Origin: Terriglobia bacterium
GTDB taxonomy: Bacteria; Acidobacteriota; Terriglobia; 2-12-FULL-54-10
Direction: 5' to 3'
DNA: 64,000 bases
NCBI GenBank assembly: GCA_963666975.2
Contig: CAXVYR010000004.1
Location: forward strand, 1,984,001 to 2,048,000
Numbering within the stretch: the stretch's first letter is position 1; each line of letters starts with the position of its first letter. Made by a program: the position numbers and the translations under genes. This document shows positions 62,182-64,000 of the stretch, in pieces. Under the pieces are notes generated by a model, which was given only the letters and a program-made list of their open reading frames with translations, had not been told where the DNA came from and did not search any database.

Positions 62182-62865
62182 ATGAAGACTCAGAGACTGC
62201 TGCTGTTCGTTGTTCTGATAACGCTGCTGGCTTCGGCCTGCGGAAGGCACCGCAGCGCTTCCCGGATTCCCGTTCCGCAGACTCCTTCCACGGGAGGAGG
62301 CGCACAGACGCCCGGCCCCGGATATACCGAAACCGGATACGCGAGCTGGTATGGCGACCCCTACCACGGCCGCCGCGCGGCGAACGGGGAGGTCTACGAC
62401 ATGTACAAACTCACCGCCGCCCACCGCACCTTGCCTTTCGGGACGCAGGTCAAAGTGATCAATCTGGAGAACAGCCGCACGGTGATTGTCCGCATCAATG
62501 ATCGCGGACCGTTCATCAACGGGCGCATCGTGGACCTGTCGCTGGCCGGCGCCCGCGAAATCCAGATGGTCGGCCCGGGAACGGCGCTGGTCCGTTTGGA
62601 AGTCCTCTCGGCATCCTCGCCCTCCGATCCGGGCCTGTACGCGGTGCAGGTGGGGGCGTTTCGGGACCGCTCCAATGCCGAAAGTCTGGCGGAGAATATG
62701 CGCCGCCGCTTCGGCGATGCCTCCATCGAAGGCTATCGTTCAAACGGGCGGACCTTTTATCGCGTTCGGGTGGGAGTAAACTCTACATTGACGGAAGCCA
62801 ACGAACTGGCTATTCAGTTGGGGCGGGAAGATCTGCCCAGTTTTGTGGTCCGGGTGGAAAACTGA
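62182..62865 (+). CDS. rlpA: septal lytic transglycosylase RlpA with SPOR domain
   Basis: Lipobox [27 protein letters not shown] and VQVGAF. Confidence 0.93.
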   Translation: MKTQRLLLFVVLITLLASACGRHRSASRIPVPQTPSTGGGAQTPGPGYTETGYASWYGDPYHGRRAANGEVYDMYKLTAAHRTLPFGTQVKVINLENSRTVIVRINDRGPFINGRIVDLSLAGAREIQMVGPGTALVRLEVLSASSPSDPGLYAVQVGAFRDRSNAESLAENMRRRFGDASIEGYRSNGRTFYRVRVGVNSTLTEANELAIQLGREDLPSFVVRVEN

Positions 62866-62906
62866 AGCTGGCCAACTCAATCAAAAGTCCGGGGAGAATA
62901 GAATCT

Positions 62907-63248
62907 ATGGCCTCCTGCCTTTTTTGCAAAATCCTGGCGGGCGAGATGGCCGCTAAGCTTGTCTATCAGGACGAAAGCTGCATCGCCTTTCAGGATATCA
63001 ACCCGCAGGCTCCGGTGCATTTGTTGCTCATCCCTCGGAAACACTTCTCCTCCGCGGCGGAGGCCGAACCAGCAGACGAGACGGTCATGGGCCATCTGCA
63101 CCGCGTCGCCGCTCAACTGGCGGAGCAGAATGGCATCACGGACGGCTACAGGACTGTAGTCAATACAGGGAGCGGGGCCGGCCAGTCCGTGTTTCACCTG
63201 CACCTGCATCTGCTCGGCGGACGCCCGCTTCGATGGCCGCCGGGATAA
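62907..63248 (+). CDS. histidine triad nucleotide-binding protein
   Basis: CLFCKI and GQSVFHLHLHLLGGR. Confidence 0.95.
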   Translation: MASCLFCKILAGEMAAKLVYQDESCIAFQDINPQAPVHLLLIPRKHFSSAAEAEPADETVMGHLHRVAAQLAEQNGITDGYRTVVNTGSGAGQSVFHLHLHLLGGRPLRWPPG

Positions 63249-63460
63249 CTCTGGATAGCTCCCGCCTCACCCGGTTTCCGGCAAACCTCAGTAGCGTGCC
63301 CCATACCGTGATTTCCTGATTTCCGTTCCTCTCCCGCCCCAGGCGGCACAGACAACCGGCCCCTGTCGCATTTTGAAATTGAATGCAACGAACAGAATGA
63401 AGGCAACATCCAGAACGATTCTGTCATCTATAATGGAGAGATTAAGGGGGCGGAACGAAA

Positions 63461-64000
63461 ATGCGGAGCTTGCTCTATACTCTGGTGGCTGCTCTTGCAG
63501 CGCTTCTGCTGTGCGGCGCCGGGGCGGTTGCGCTTCCGGCGGCTGCCCTGCCTGCCAGCGAGGACGACCTCGAACTGCAAAAGAAGGCCGTCAATCATTT
63601 TTACAGCCTGGAGTACGACCAGGCTATTGCGGCTTTTGAAAAACTGCGCGACGCGGACCCCGATAATCCAGCCCGGCAAAACGATGTGGCGACGGCCTAT
63701 TTCTATAAACAGCTCTACATGGCTGGAGTGTTGCAAGGGGACCTGTTCAGCTCCTCCAATAAGTTTTTCCGCACCAAAAAAATCCAGGTGGACCCCGCCA
63801 TCGAAAAACCTTTTTGGGGAGCTACCCAGGCCGCCATCCGCAGTTGCGAGCAGCGCCTGAAAAGCGACAAAACGGATGAGGAGGCCCTCTACACCTGCGG
63901 CGTGGCCTACGCCACCCGCTCCACCTACCAGGGCCTGATCGAGCGCTCCAAGTTTGGCTTCCTTTCGAGCGCCCGCAAAGCCAATGATTTTCACGTGCGG
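63461..64000 (+). CDS. exported TPR-like protein (runs off window)
   Basis: Signal peptide, then HFYSLEYDQAIAAFE. Open to the window end. Confidence 0.8.
   Translation, partial: MRSLLYTLVAALAALLLCGAGAVALPAAALPASEDDLELQKKAVNHFYSLEYDQAIAAFEKLRDADPDNPARQNDVATAYFYKQLYMAGVLQGDLFSSSNKFFRTKKIQVDPAIEKPFWGATQAAIRSCEQRLKSDKTDEEALYTCGVAYATRSTYQGLIERSKFGFLSSARKANDFHVR

Noticed and set aside
1-64000. CRISPR array
   Set aside because: No regularly spaced repeat-spacer series was seen. The repeats present are att arms, REPs or IS ends.

Overview
GC-rich bacterial chromosomal window, probably Acidobacteriota (inferred from a Solibacter-type TIGR03437-like C-terminal domain and typical gene families). The backbone includes an ECF sigma factor, an HDAC-family deacetylase, crcB, cobA-hemD, a PhnCDE-type (putative selenate clade) ABC transporter, lpxB, a cyclophilin, a sigma-54 regulator, a GT4, a rhomboid, rlpA and a HIT protein. 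tRNA-Arg(CCT) at 36315-36390 is flanked by islands on both sides. Downstream lies an ~11 kb tyrosine-integrase element (attR = 3' tRNA half, 47342-47385) carrying a ~1770-aa surface-protein gene broken by an IS256, a frameshift and a nonsense codon. Upstream lies a ~5 kb integrase-less segment bounded by a duplicated 5' tRNA half (31128-31165). The best candidate for a new system is an exported beta-propeller gene whose blade runs through an in-frame UGA (20188-20190) followed by a SECIS-like hairpin. It is a possible selenoprotein, paired with a secreted amidohydrolase that has a second copy in the window. Also notable: a REP-flanked proteasome-beta-like cargo gene, nested micro-repeats, IS1182 derivatives inserted at palindromes, and many deletion or nonsense pseudogenes. 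All family assignments come from motif recognition by eye; no database searches were run.
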